Source of the DNA: Candidatus Rokuibacteriota bacterium
GTDB lineage: Bacteria > Methylomirabilota > Methylomirabilia > Rokubacteriales > CSP1-6
Length of the DNA stretch: 59,710 nt
Direction: 5' to 3'
NCBI GenBank assembly: GCA_023249095.1
Contig: JAHFDK010000014.1
Coordinates: 1-59,710, forward strand
Part shown: positions 1 to 9,507 of the stretch, one piece after another
How positions within the stretch are numbered: position 1 is the stretch's first letter
Layout: each line of letters starts with the position of its first letter
Position numbers and translations under genes: made by a program
Notes under the pieces: model-generated
The model's database searches: none
What the model was told of the DNA's origin: nothing
What the model saw: only the letters and a program-made list of their open reading frames with translations

Positions 1-723
1 GCTCACATCTACTACGACAACCCGGCCGGTCGCGAAGGCATCCCCATCGTGGAGGCCGTGGCCAAGAAGGAGGGTTACCAGCTCCGGCTCTTCGCGGTGC
101 CGCCGCCCGGAGTCGAGATGGGACCTCAAGTGATCGACATCACGCGGCGCTTCAAGGCCGACTGGGTGCTCGGCCACCTGTTCGGCCAGGCGCCGGCGGT
201 GTCCATCAAGGAGTTCAAGCGGGCCGGCTTTCCCATGAACCGCTTCGTCAGCTTCGTGTGGGGCGCGGGGGAGGCGAACATCGAGGGCGCCGGGTGGGAC
301 GTGGCCCAGGGCTACATTGGCATGCAGTACAGCTCCACCGGCCGCGACCTGCCCGTGATCCGGGAGATCATGCAGAAGGTCTACAAGGACGACGGCAAGG
401 AGGTACCCAAGTACGTCGGCAGCGTCTACTACAGCCGGGGCGTGCTGAACGGCGCCATCCTCACCGAAGGTATCCGGCTCGCCGTCCAGAATCACGGCCT
501 GCCCGTGACCGGCGACAAGGTGCGGCTGGGTTTCGAGGCGATCAAGAACTTCGACCTCCAGGGGTTCTTGCCGCCCATGACCGTGACCGCGAAGGATCAC
601 GAGGGCGGGGGCTGGGTGCGGATGTACCAGGTCAAGGGCACGGAGTGGGTGCCCATCACCGACTGGATCCGAGGCTACCGTGATGAAGTCATGGCGCTGG
701 TGAAGCAGGCCAACAAGAAGTAA
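1..723 (+). CDS. ABC transporter substrate-binding protein, branched-chain amino acid (Leu/Ile/Val-binding) family, 5'-truncated by window
   Basis: Frame is open from the window start; C-terminal 'TAKDHEGGGWVRMYQVKG..WVPITDW' is typical of this family; directly upstream of a LivF-like ATPase. Confidence 0.8.
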   Translation, partial: AHIYYDNPAGREGIPIVEAVAKKEGYQLRLFAVPPPGVEMGPQVIDITRRFKADWVLGHLFGQAPAVSIKEFKRAGFPMNRFVSFVWGAGEANIEGAGWDVAQGYIGMQYSSTGRDLPVIREIMQKVYKDDGKEVPKYVGSVYYSRGVLNGAILTEGIRLAVQNHGLPVTGDKVRLGFEAIKNFDLQGFLPPMTVTAKDHEGGGWVRMYQVKGTEWVPITDWIRGYRDEVMALVKQANKK

Positions 724-731
724 CGGCGGCC

Positions 732-1526
732 ATGCTCCGGCTCAACAACGTCGAGGTGGTCTACGACCGGGTGATCCTGGTCCTCAAGGGGATCTCGTTC
801 GAGGTGCCGGAGCAGCGGATCATCACCCTGCTCGGGTCCAACGGGGCCGGCAAGAGCACGACACTCAAGGCCATCTCCGGCCTCCTCAAACCCGAGCGGG
901 GTGAGATCACCACGGGCTCGGTCGAGTTCGCCGGCGAGCGGATCGATCACCGCGGGCCGGAAGAGATCGTCAAGCGGGGCATCACGCAGGTCATGGAAGG
1001 CCGCCGGGTGTTCGACGACCTGACAACGGAGGAGAACCTCCTGTCGGGTGCCCACACGCGCCGCGGCCTGGCCGAGATCCGCACCGACCTGGCCGCCGTC
1101 TACGAGTATTTTCCGCGGCTGGCCGAGCGGAGAACGCTCAAGGCCGGTTACCTGTCGGGGGGCGAGCAGCAGATGCTGGCGATCGGCCGGGCCCTGATGG
1201 CTCGGCCGCGCCTCATGCTTCTCGACGAGCCGTCGCTGGGGCTCGCCCCGCTCCTGGTCGAGGAGATCTTCCAGATCATCCAGCGGCTCAACCGTCAAGA
1301 GAAGCTCACGGTGCTGCTGGTCGAGCAGAACGCGGCGATGGCCCTCACCATCGCCGAGCACGGCTACGTCATGGAGAACGGACGGATCGTGCTGGACGGT
1401 CCGGTCGCGGCGCTGCGCGAGAATCCCGACGTGAAGGAGTTTTACCTCGGGTTGACCGAGGTGGGGGCGCGCAAGTCCTACCGCGACGTCAAGCACTACA
1501 AGCGGCGCAAACGGTGGCTCAGCTAG
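732..1526 (+). CDS. livF: ABC transporter ATP-binding protein (LivF-like)
   Basis: Walker A GSNGAGKST, signature LSGGEQQMLAIGRAL, Walker B LLDEPSLGLAP. Confidence 0.9.
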   Translation: MLRLNNVEVVYDRVILVLKGISFEVPEQRIITLLGSNGAGKSTTLKAISGLLKPERGEITTGSVEFAGERIDHRGPEEIVKRGITQVMEGRRVFDDLTTEENLLSGAHTRRGLAEIRTDLAAVYEYFPRLAERRTLKAGYLSGGEQQMLAIGRALMARPRLMLLDEPSLGLAPLLVEEIFQIIQRLNRQEKLTVLLVEQNAAMALTIAEHGYVMENGRIVLDGPVAALRENPDVKEFYLGLTEVGARKSYRDVKHYKRRKRWLS

Positions 1527-1541
1527 AGGAGGGCGGCGCCC

Positions 1542-2018
1542 ATGCGACGGAACAGCGTGAGGAGAGGCGTGCTGATGCTGGTAGGAGCTGTGGGCCTGGC
1601 GGCCTGCGCGACGATGCAGCCCGAGCCGACTCTCTACGAGCGGTTCCGCGCCATCGACGGCGTGGGCACCCCGCGTCAGGGGCGAGATGCGATCGGGGTC
1701 GTCGTCGAGAGCTTCGTGGCCAACATGGTCGCCGACAGCCGGGTCAATGCTCGATTCAAGGACATACAGCCGGCCGCGAGGGGGAAGCTGACGTCCAACC
1801 TCTCCGACCAGATCTGCGAGGCGACCGGCGGGCCCTGCTCCTACTACGGCAAGGACATGAAGGCGACGCACACGGGGATGAAAATCACCGAGCCGGAGTG
1901 GAACGCGACGGTCGAGAACCTGGTTAAGGCGCTCGACAAGCACAAGGTGGCCGAACGCGAGAAGAAGGACCTGCTCGGCGCCCTCGGCCCGATGAAGGCG
2001 GACATCGTCGGCCAGTAG
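1542..2018 (+). CDS. Group 1 truncated hemoglobin with lipoprotein signal
   Basis: TLYERF..GG, ADSRVNARF, CEATGGPCSY.G..MKATH (proximal His); N-terminal lipobox LAAC. Confidence 0.85.
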   Translation: MRRNSVRRGVLMLVGAVGLAACATMQPEPTLYERFRAIDGVGTPRQGRDAIGVVVESFVANMVADSRVNARFKDIQPAARGKLTSNLSDQICEATGGPCSYYGKDMKATHTGMKITEPEWNATVENLVKALDKHKVAEREKKDLLGALGPMKADIVGQ

Positions 2019-2022
2019 GCGG

Positions 2023-3540
2023 ATGGGCGCTCAGGCGTTCACGGTCTATGACATGCTGGCGCGGGGAGCGGCGCTCCACCGCGATGCTCCCGCGCTGATC
2101 CAGGGACCGCGCCAGTGGTCCTTCCGCCAGCTCCGGGAGCGGGCGGACTCGCTGGCGGCCGGGCTCGCCGGGCTGGGCGTTTCGCGGGGCGATCGCATCT
2201 GCATTCTCGCCCAGAACGACGCGGCGTACGTGGAGCTGTACGGGGCGTGCGCTCGCCAGGGCATCATCGCGTACCCCATCAACTGGCGGCTCACCGCGCA
2301 AGAGGTCGAGCGGGTGGTCGAGCGGGCCGCGCCCAAGATGATGGTCGCGGACGCCTCCACCCTGCCGGTGGTGGGCGAGTGGCCCCGCACGCAGCGCGCC
2401 ATCGCTCACTGGTATCAGCTCGGCGATGCTCCAGCAGAGGGCTTTCAGGCGCTCTCCAGCCTCTACCGCGAGGGCGTGGCGCCGGCCGCCGCGGACGTCA
2501 CCGGCGACGATCCCTTCGCGGTGATCTCCACGGCTGCGGTGGACGTGATTCCTCGGGGCGCCGTGCTTACGCACGCGAACGTTCTCACCACCTCGCTCGT
2601 CGTCATCGCGACCCTCGGCTTCACGGCGGCGGACCGGTACCTCCTGGGCCTGCCCCTGTTCCACATCACCGCGCTGGGCAACCTCCTGGCGCACCTGCAC
2701 GCGGGCGGTGCCGGCGTCGTGATGGCCCGCTTCGACGCCGAGGAGGCGGTGCGGCTGATCGACGCCCACCGCGTCACGCACGTCTCGGACTTTCCCCCCG
2801 TGCTGGCGAGCCTCCTGGACGCCGCGCAGAAGCTCGGCAGCAAACTGTCGAGCCTCACGCACGTCTCGGGTCTCGACGCGCCGCCGACCATCGAGCGCCT
2901 GCACGCCGAGACTCAGGCCCAGTTCTGGACGGGCTTTGGCCAGTCCGAGACCAGTGGGTTCGTCAGCATCCAGCGCGTGCGCGACAAGCCCGGCGCCGCC
3001 GGCAAGCCGATCCCGGTGTGCCGGGTGCGTCTGGTCGACGACTACGACCGCGACGTGCCCGTGGGGACGCCCGGGGAGATCGTGGTACGCGGGCCGGTGG
3101 TGTTCCAGGGCTACTTCGGCCAGCCGGAGGTGACCGCCTACACGCTGCGCAACGGCTGGCACCATACCGGCGACGTGGGTCGGTTCGACGACGACGGCTG
3201 GCTCTACTACGTCAAGCGTAAGCCGGAGAAGGAACTGATCAAGCCAGGCGGCGAGAACGTCTATCCCGCCGAGGTGGAAGCGGTGATCGCCCAGATGGAC
3301 GGCATCAGCGGCGTGTGCGTGTACGGCGTTCCCGACGTCAAGTGGGGCGAAGCCATCAAGGCGGTCGTGGAAGTTCGGGCCGCCGACCGCTATTCCGCTC
3401 AGCAGATCGGCGACTTCGTCGTCTCGAAGATCGCTCGCTTCAAGCGCCCGAGCCGCGTGGTGTTCACCGAGGCCCTGCCTCGGACGGCGGAGGGCGGCGT
3501 GGACCGTGACGCCGTGAAGGCTCGCTGGGGCAGCGAGTGA
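2023..3540 (+). CDS. AMP-binding acyl-CoA synthetase
   Basis: FGQSET, GWHHTGDVG, KELIKPGGENVYPAEVE motifs; adjacent to an acyl-CoA dehydrogenase. Confidence 0.88.
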   Translation: MGAQAFTVYDMLARGAALHRDAPALIQGPRQWSFRQLRERADSLAAGLAGLGVSRGDRICILAQNDAAYVELYGACARQGIIAYPINWRLTAQEVERVVERAAPKMMVADASTLPVVGEWPRTQRAIAHWYQLGDAPAEGFQALSSLYREGVAPAAADVTGDDPFAVISTAAVDVIPRGAVLTHANVLTTSLVVIATLGFTAADRYLLGLPLFHITALGNLLAHLHAGGAGVVMARFDAEEAVRLIDAHRVTHVSDFPPVLASLLDAAQKLGSKLSSLTHVSGLDAPPTIERLHAETQAQFWTGFGQSETSGFVSIQRVRDKPGAAGKPIPVCRVRLVDDYDRDVPVGTPGEIVVRGPVVFQGYFGQPEVTAYTLRNGWHHTGDVGRFDDDGWLYYVKRKPEKELIKPGGENVYPAEVEAVIAQMDGISGVCVYGVPDVKWGEAIKAVVEVRAADRYSAQQIGDFVVSKIARFKRPSRVVFTEALPRTAEGGVDRDAVKARWGSE

Positions 3541-3550
3541 TCCGGGCCGC

Positions 3551-4699
3551 GTGAAGGTCTTCGGCGAGCACCATGAGATGTTCCGCGCGACGGTGCGCGC
3601 CTTCGTCGAGCGGGAGGTCATGCCGCACGTCGAGGCGTGGGAAGCGGCCGGTCGCATTCCGAAGACGATCTGGCCGCGTATGGGCGAGCTGGGCTTCCTG
3701 GGCATCGAGTACGACGAGAAGTACGGCGGCGCCGGCGCTGATCTGTTCACCACGGCGGTCCTGCACGAGGAGTGCGCGCGGTCGCGGTCCGGCTCGTTCG
3801 CGATGGCCGTCGGCGTCCACACGGACATGGCCTCGCCCCACCTCTACTGGACGGGCAGCGAGCCGCTGAAGGAGAAGTATCTACCGGCGATCTGCCGCGG
3901 CGAGAAGCTCTGCGCGATCGCGGTCACCGAGCCCGGGGGCGGCAGCGACGTCGCCGCGATCCGCACCCGCGCCACCCGCGACGGCGCCCACTACGTCCTG
4001 AACGGCTCCAAGATGTTCATCACGAACGGTGCCTTGGCGGACCTGTACTTCGTCGCCGCCCGCGTCGAGGCCGGCGAGACGACCCGCCGCCACCGGGGCA
4101 TCTCGATGTTCCTGGTCGAGCGCGAGACGCCAGGGTTCGGCGTGAGCCGCACGCTGGCCAAGACGGGCATGCTCGCCTCGGACACCGCCGAGCTCTCCTT
4201 CCAGGACGCGCGCGTGCCGGCCGAGAACCTGCTCGGGCGCGAGGGCGTCGGGTTCTACGAGGTCATGCGCGTCTTCCAGCGCGAGCGCCTGGTGGCCGGC
4301 CTGCACGCGGTCGCCATGTCCGAGCGCGCGCTCGAGGACACCATGGCCTACGTCCGCGAGCGCCAGGCGTTCGGCGGCCCGCTCTCGGAGAAGCAGACCG
4401 TGCGCCACAAGCTCGCTGATCTCGCCACGCTGATCGAGGCCGGGCGCTGGCTCACCTACGCGGCGTGTCAGGCATACGCCGGGGGCGACGACGCGGTGCG
4501 CGAAGTCTCCATGGCCAAGCTCTTCACCGCCGAGATGGCCAACCGCGTCGCTTACGACTGCGTGCAGCTCCACGGCGGCTACGGGTACATGCGCGAGTAC
4601 GCCATCGAGCGCTTCGCGCGCGACGTCCGCCTCTTTACGATCGGCGGCGGCACCAGCGAGATCATGAAGGAGATCATCGCCAAGGAGCTCGACCTCTAA
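3551..4699 (+). CDS. Acyl-CoA dehydrogenase
   Basis: IAVTEPGGGSD, LNGSKMFITNG, QLHGGYGYMRE, IGGGTSEIM motifs. Confidence 0.93.
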   Translation: MKVFGEHHEMFRATVRAFVEREVMPHVEAWEAAGRIPKTIWPRMGELGFLGIEYDEKYGGAGADLFTTAVLHEECARSRSGSFAMAVGVHTDMASPHLYWTGSEPLKEKYLPAICRGEKLCAIAVTEPGGGSDVAAIRTRATRDGAHYVLNGSKMFITNGALADLYFVAARVEAGETTRRHRGISMFLVERETPGFGVSRTLAKTGMLASDTAELSFQDARVPAENLLGREGVGFYEVMRVFQRERLVAGLHAVAMSERALEDTMAYVRERQAFGGPLSEKQTVRHKLADLATLIEAGRWLTYAACQAYAGGDDAVREVSMAKLFTAEMANRVAYDCVQLHGGYGYMREYAIERFARDVRLFTIGGGTSEIMKEIIAKELDL

Positions 4700-4706
4700 C
4701 ACCCGC

Positions 4707-5549
4707 GTGAGCGCGCCTGACTTCGTCGCCATCGGGCACGTCACCCTCGACCGCATCGGCGAATCCACGCGTCCGGGCGGCGCGGCCCTCTTCGCCGCTG
4801 TCACCGCCCACCGGCTCGGGCTCTCGGTCGGGCTCCTCACGAGCCACGCCCATGACTTCCCACTCGACCTGATTCCGGCCAAGATCGAGGTCGTCAGCAT
4901 CCCGGCGGCCGACACGAGCCGGTTCGAGCACCGGCAGGACACCGGCGGCCGCGTGTCCCACGTGCGCGCCGTCGCCGACCCCCTGACCATGGCCGACGTT
5001 CCGGACGACTGGCGGGGAGCGGCGCTGACCCTGCTTGCCCCCGTGCTCGACGAGGTCGACCCGATGATCGCCACCCTGTTCACTGACGGCGCCGTGGGTG
5101 CCGCGGCCCAGGGGTGGCTGCGTCACAGGGCCGCCAACGGCCTCGTGGTGCCGCGCGTCTGGCGCTCCCCCGAGCGCCTGCTGCAGTCGGTCCAGGCACT
5201 GTTCCTGAGCCGCGAGGACATCCGGGGTCAAGAGGACGATGTGGTCGAGTGGTTCGAGCACATGCCGGTGGGCGTCCTCACCGCCGACCGCGACGGCGCG
5301 CTCCTGTTCGTCAACGGCGAGCGGTACGAGATTCACCCGCGCGCGGCGCGAGAGGTCGACCCGACCGGCGCCGGCGACGTCTTCGCGGCGACCTTCCTCG
5401 TCCAGTATCAGCGCGACGGCGACCCGTGGCAGGCCGCGGCCGCCGCCGCGTGCGCGGGCTCGCTCGCCGTCGAGGGGGAGGGCTGGTCGGCTGTCGCGGA
5501 TCGCGCAACGCTCGATGCCGCGCTCGCCGACTACGCGCGCAACGGGTGA
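4707..5549 (+). CDS. PfkB-family carbohydrate kinase
   Basis: IGHVTLD...PGG at N-terminus and DPTGAGDVF anion-hole motif. Confidence 0.88.
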   Translation: MSAPDFVAIGHVTLDRIGESTRPGGAALFAAVTAHRLGLSVGLLTSHAHDFPLDLIPAKIEVVSIPAADTSRFEHRQDTGGRVSHVRAVADPLTMADVPDDWRGAALTLLAPVLDEVDPMIATLFTDGAVGAAAQGWLRHRAANGLVVPRVWRSPERLLQSVQALFLSREDIRGQEDDVVEWFEHMPVGVLTADRDGALLFVNGERYEIHPRAAREVDPTGAGDVFAATFLVQYQRDGDPWQAAAAAACAGSLAVEGEGWSAVADRATLDAALADYARNG

Positions 5550-5552
5550 CGG

Positions 5553-5728
5553 CGGCTGGCCGCGGGTCAGGTCGACGGGCGCGGCAGGGGTCGAGAGGAC
5601 CACGCGGCACGCGTCCGCTGCTCCGGTGCGGCTGGGCTCCATCCAGGAGCTCTACTCCCGTCGCCGCTTGCCGGGAACGGGTCCCTTCGACCCCTGCCGC
5701 GCCCGTCGACCTGACCCGCGGCCAGCCG
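5553..5728. repeat. Long inverted-repeat element (MITE/REPIN-like) with 42-bp perfect arms
   Basis: 5553-5594 is the exact reverse complement of 5687-5728; arms extend to 49 bp with 2 mismatches around a 78-nt spacer. Confidence 0.85.
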
Positions 5729-5775
5729 GGTGCGCTGCTTGACACGCGTTGGAAGCGCGGCCTAGGCTGAGCGTG

Positions 5776-5915
5776 ATGGACCGCGCGATCCGGATCACGG
5801 CGGGATCGGTCTCCGCGGAAGCGTGGCTCAACGACTCGCGGACGGCGTGCGCGACCTCGGCTACTGGCCCCCGGGCCGCGCCTTCTGCATTTTCTTCGGC
5901 CCGACACGCGCGTGA
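5776..5915 (+). pseudogene. Cyclophilin-like fold (DUF369-type) gene remnant with internal deletion and frameshift
   Basis: MDRAIRITAGSVSAEAWLNDSRTA in one frame, then DLGYWPPGRAFCIFFGPT in another frame, stop at 5913-5915; the central segment is missing. Confidence 0.7.
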
Positions 5916-5954
5916 CGATCGAGCGGCAATGACCCGACTCCGGAGGAGGGCGCG

Positions 5955-6605
5955 ATGAAGATCTTTCTCGACACGGCGAACCTGGGCGAGATCAAGGAGG
6001 GCGTGGCGCTCGGCGTGGTCGACGGGGTGACCACCAACCCGTCGCTGATCGCCAAGGAGAAGCGTCCGTTCCGGCCGCTCGTCGAGGAGATCTGCGCGAT
6101 CGTCCCGGGCGACGTGAGCCTCGAAGTGGTCGCCACGGACTTCGAGGGCATGGTGAAGGAGGGCGAGGAGCTGGCCCAGGTCGCACCGAACGCCGTCGTG
6201 AAGTGCCCGCTCACGAAGGACGGCCTCAAGGCGGTGAAGTACCTCTCGGGCAAGGGGATCCGCGTCAACCAGACGCTCTGCTTCTCGGCGACCCAGGCGC
6301 TCCTCTCCGCGAAGGCGGGCGCCGTCTACATCAGTCCGTTTCTCGGACGCCTCGACGACATCGCCCACGTCGGCATGGACCTCGTCCGGGACATCTGCGA
6401 GATCTACCGCGTGCAGGGCTTCAAGACGCAAGTGCTGGCGGCGTCGATCCGCAGCCCGCTCCACGTGGTGGACGCGGCGAAGGCCGGTGCCCACGTCGCG
6501 ACGATGCCGTTCGCGGTGCTCGAGCAGCTCATGAAGCACCCGCTGACCGACATCGGCCTCAAGAAGTTCCTGGACGACTGGGCGAAGCTCGGCGAGAAGA
6601 TCTGA
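5955..6605 (+). CDS. fsa: Transaldolase / fructose-6-phosphate aldolase (TalC/Fsa type)
   Basis: [23 protein letters not shown] Schiff-base Lys, [25 protein letters not shown]; RBS GGAGGAG. Confidence 0.92.
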   Translation: MKIFLDTANLGEIKEGVALGVVDGVTTNPSLIAKEKRPFRPLVEEICAIVPGDVSLEVVATDFEGMVKEGEELAQVAPNAVVKCPLTKDGLKAVKYLSGKGIRVNQTLCFSATQALLSAKAGAVYISPFLGRLDDIAHVGMDLVRDICEIYRVQGFKTQVLAASIRSPLHVVDAAKAGAHVATMPFAVLEQLMKHPLTDIGLKKFLDDWAKLGEKI

Positions 6606-6656
6606 CGCTCAGTACGTGCCGATGCCCTCTCGGGCGCAGAAAGGCTAGTCGAGGCG

Positions 6657-7004
6657 ATGCCGGGTGCCACGGAGATCCCGACGCTGGCCGGCACGATAGA
6701 CGAGCTGGCCCGTCGGGGTTTCACCGAACACTTCATCCTGGTGAATGGAAAACTTCGTGCCGCGGACAGCGGGAAGGTGTTCCCCGCGGACGAGGTGATG
6801 ATTTCGGAGTATCACCGTTTCGAAGGCGTCTCGGACCCGGACGACATGGCGATCCTCTATGCGATCGAGACACGCAGCGGCCTGCGTGGGACGCTGGCGG
6901 ACGCCTTCGGTGTCTACGCGGACCCGCTGGTGGGCGCGTTCATGAAAGAGGTCGTGTTAGGTTCTCGGCGACGTCCCGGCGTCGCGCGCGGACGGCCGAG
7001 CTAG
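6657..7004 (+). CDS. Conserved hypothetical protein (family often labelled 'phosphoribosylpyrophosphate synthetase')
   Basis: HRFEG.SDPDDMAILYAIE...G.RGTL.DAFG.Y motif. Confidence 0.65.
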   Translation: MPGATEIPTLAGTIDELARRGFTEHFILVNGKLRAADSGKVFPADEVMISEYHRFEGVSDPDDMAILYAIETRSGLRGTLADAFGVYADPLVGAFMKEVVLGSRRRPGVARGRPS

Positions 7005-7789
7005 CGCCCCCGGAAGGCCGGCTTGCGCTTTTCGCGCCAGGCTTTGTGACCCTCGGCCTTGTCCTCGGTCAGCTCGAGCGTCGCGAAGCGATAGAGATCG
7101 ACCAGTGACGCGTCCGATATATTGGGAATGTCCAGGCCCGCGAGCAGGGATTCCTTCGTGAGGCGTGCCGCGAGCGGCGGCAACGACGCGACGTGGCGCG
7201 CCACCTCGAGCGTCTTGTCCATCAGCCGAGCGTGCGGCACCAGCCACTGCGTGAGCCCGATGCGATAGGCATCCTCCGCCGTGAGCGGGAAGCCGAGGGC
7301 GAGGCGCATCGCGTGGCCCTTGCCGACCCAGCGGGCGAGCCGCGCACTGCCGCCGTACGCGGGAAGAATGCCGAGGGCAACTTGCGGCAGACGCCACTCC
7401 GCCCGCTTGGACGCGATCAGGAGATCGCAGCAGAAGGTCACGATGCAGCCGATGCCGACGGCGTAGCCGTTGACGGCGCCGATGATCGGCTTGGGGAAGT
7501 TCGCGAGGACCTCGAACGGCCGGGCCCTGCGCTTGGCGATGCTCTTGATGAACTCCGCGGCCGACTTCATCGTGTGCGTTCGCGGGTCCTTCAGGTTCGC
7601 GCCGGCCGAGAAGGCGCCGCCCGCCTCGTCGCCCGTCAGGACGGCGCAACGGATCGTGTCGTCGTCCTCCATGGCGGCGAAGCAGCGGGTGATGCCCTCG
7701 TTGAAGTCGGTGCCCCACGCGTTGCGCGCCTCGGGGCGACTCAGGGTGACGATCCCGATCTCGTCGCGACGCTCGAATGAAACGGGCAT
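7001..7789 (-). CDS. Enoyl-CoA hydratase/isomerase (crotonase) family
   Basis: RPEARNA, FSAGANL, KPIIGAVNGYAVGIG; start taken as ATG 7789 with RBS AGGAG. Confidence 0.88.
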   Translation of the reverse strand: MPVSFERRDEIGIVTLSRPEARNAWGTDFNEGITRCFAAMEDDDTIRCAVLTGDEAGGAFSAGANLKDPRTHTMKSAAEFIKSIAKRRARPFEVLANFPKPIIGAVNGYAVGIGCIVTFCCDLLIASKRAEWRLPQVALGILPAYGGSARLARWVGKGHAMRLALGFPLTAEDAYRIGLTQWLVPHARLMDKTLEVARHVASLPPLAARLTKESLLAGLDIPNISDASLVDLYRFATLELTEDKAEGHKAWREKRKPAFRGR

Positions 7790-7829
7790 GGTTGGCTCCT
7801 GCGAGGTGAGATGGTAGCCGCACTGCACG

Positions 7830-9440
7830 TCAGGTATCGCCGTACACGACCCGCTCGCCGAGCTCGTCGTCCTGGATCATCTGGGCGAGCCGCGAGCGCT
7901 GGATCTTGCCGCTGGAGGTCTTCGGAATCGTGCTCGCCCGGACGAGGATGACGCGCGCCGGCCGATGGCCAAGCGCCTTGTGGACGCGGCTCGTGATCTC
8001 CCGGACGATGTCGTGGTAGTCGTCGGATGACGCGCTCTCGCTCCGCACCTCGACGACGACGTGGAGCCGCTGCGTGCCCGTCCGCTCGCTATCGATGCCG
8101 ACCGCGGCGGAATAGCGCACACCGTCCACGCGATCGACCACCTCCTCGATGTCGGCCGGGATCACGTTCACGCCGCCGAGGATGATGAGATCCTTGAGAC
8201 GGCCCGTCACGTAGAGAAAGCCCTCGGTGTCGACGAACCCGAGGTCGCCGGTCCTGAGCCAGCCGCCGGGCATGAGCACCTTCGCGGTCTCGCCGGGATT
8301 GTTGTAGTACCCCTGCATGACCCCGGCGCTCTTGACGCAGACCTCACCCTCCACGCCCACCGGGCGCTCCGCGGCAGGCGCCTCATCGCGTGGCGCCAGG
8401 ATCCGCACCGAGACGCCTCGGCACGGCTGGCCGACCGAGAGGAACCGCCCGCTGGTGTCGAGCCTGAGCGGCGCGCCCCTCGGCCAGATGGCGACCGCCA
8501 GCGTCGCCTCGGCGAGACCGTAGCAGGGCGAGATGACGCGCTTGAGGGCGAAGTGCGACTCGAACGCCTCGATCGTGGAGGGGCGCACGGGCTCGGCGCC
8601 GGAGAGCGCGGCCTTGAGGCTGCTGAGGTCGAGCCCGGCGGTGTCGCGGACGTTGCGCACGCAATTCCGGTAGCCGAAGTCGGGCGAGACGGTGAACGTC
8701 GCGCGGATCTCCGTGATGAGCGAGAGCCACTGTCTCGGGTTCCGGAGATCGGGCGGCAAGAGCCAGATCGGCGTCCCCAGGAGCGGTGGCGTGAAGGCGC
8801 AGCCGATGAGGCCCATGTCGTGGTAGAGCGGCAGCCACGAGACGACGCGGTCCTCCACGGTGATGCCGGCCGCCTCGGCCATGAAGTGGATGGTCGACAC
8901 GACGTTCTTGTGGGTGAGCATGACGCCCCGCGGATGGCCGGTGCTCCCCGAGGTGTACTGCAGGAAGGCCAGGTCCTCCTCCGTCGCCGCGGCGAGCGTT
9001 GGTAGCGGCGCATCCACGTCGAGGTCGGGCGGCTCCAGAACGGTGCCCACGTTTGGCGCGAGTGCCCGACTCTGGTCGACGCCCGTGCGGAACCAGCCGA
9101 TGGTCGCGACCGCGACCGCCTCGGAGTCGCGGAAGATGTTGGCCGTCGTCTCCACGCCGAGCGTGGGGTAGAGCGGCACCGGGACCGCGCCGATCCGCAG
9201 CGCGCCGAAGAACGTGTAGAAGAACTCCGCGCACGTCGGGTAGATGAGGCAGACCTTGTCGCCCGCGCCCACGCCCGCCCGCGCGAGCCCGGCCGCGTAC
9301 CGCGCGCTTTGCGTCCATAGCCGCCCGTACGTCACGGTCTCGTCGAACAACTGGAAGTACTGCTGGTCGGGCGAGAGCGCTGCGCGCCGCCGCATCATCT
9401 CGGTGAGAGTCGAGGCACCTCTCACGTCATCGTGGACCAT
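7830..9440 (-). CDS. Fatty acyl-AMP ligase (FAAL)-like adenylation enzyme
   Basis: AFLQYTSGSTG.PRGV, SWLPLYHDMGLIG, PCYGLAEATL, IPKTSSGKIQR; start ATG 9440 with RBS GGAGGAG. Confidence 0.88.
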   Translation of the reverse strand: MVHDDVRGASTLTEMMRRRAALSPDQQYFQLFDETVTYGRLWTQSARYAAGLARAGVGAGDKVCLIYPTCAEFFYTFFGALRIGAVPVPLYPTLGVETTANIFRDSEAVAVATIGWFRTGVDQSRALAPNVGTVLEPPDLDVDAPLPTLAAATEEDLAFLQYTSGSTGHPRGVMLTHKNVVSTIHFMAEAAGITVEDRVVSWLPLYHDMGLIGCAFTPPLLGTPIWLLPPDLRNPRQWLSLITEIRATFTVSPDFGYRNCVRNVRDTAGLDLSSLKAALSGAEPVRPSTIEAFESHFALKRVISPCYGLAEATLAVAIWPRGAPLRLDTSGRFLSVGQPCRGVSVRILAPRDEAPAAERPVGVEGEVCVKSAGVMQGYYNNPGETAKVLMPGGWLRTGDLGFVDTEGFLYVTGRLKDLIILGGVNVIPADIEEVVDRVDGVRYSAAVGIDSERTGTQRLHVVVEVRSESASSDDYHDIVREITSRVHKALGHRPARVILVRASTIPKTSSGKIQRSRLAQMIQDDELGERVVYGDT

Positions 9441-9459
9441 TCGCGACTCCTCCATAGTC

Positions 9460-9492
9460 GTGGGGGGCCCCGACATGCCCCCCCCACCCCCC
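9460..9492. repeat. Intergenic G-run/C-run palindromic element
   Basis: GTGGGGGG-ccccgacatgcc-CCCCCCAC stem followed by another C-run. Confidence 0.5.
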
Positions 9493-9507
9493 AACGAGCG
9501 GCGCGGG

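Noticed and set aside
7830-9440. Lipopeptide/PKS biosynthetic cluster around the FAAL
   Set aside because: No ACP, PKS or NRPS genes nearby
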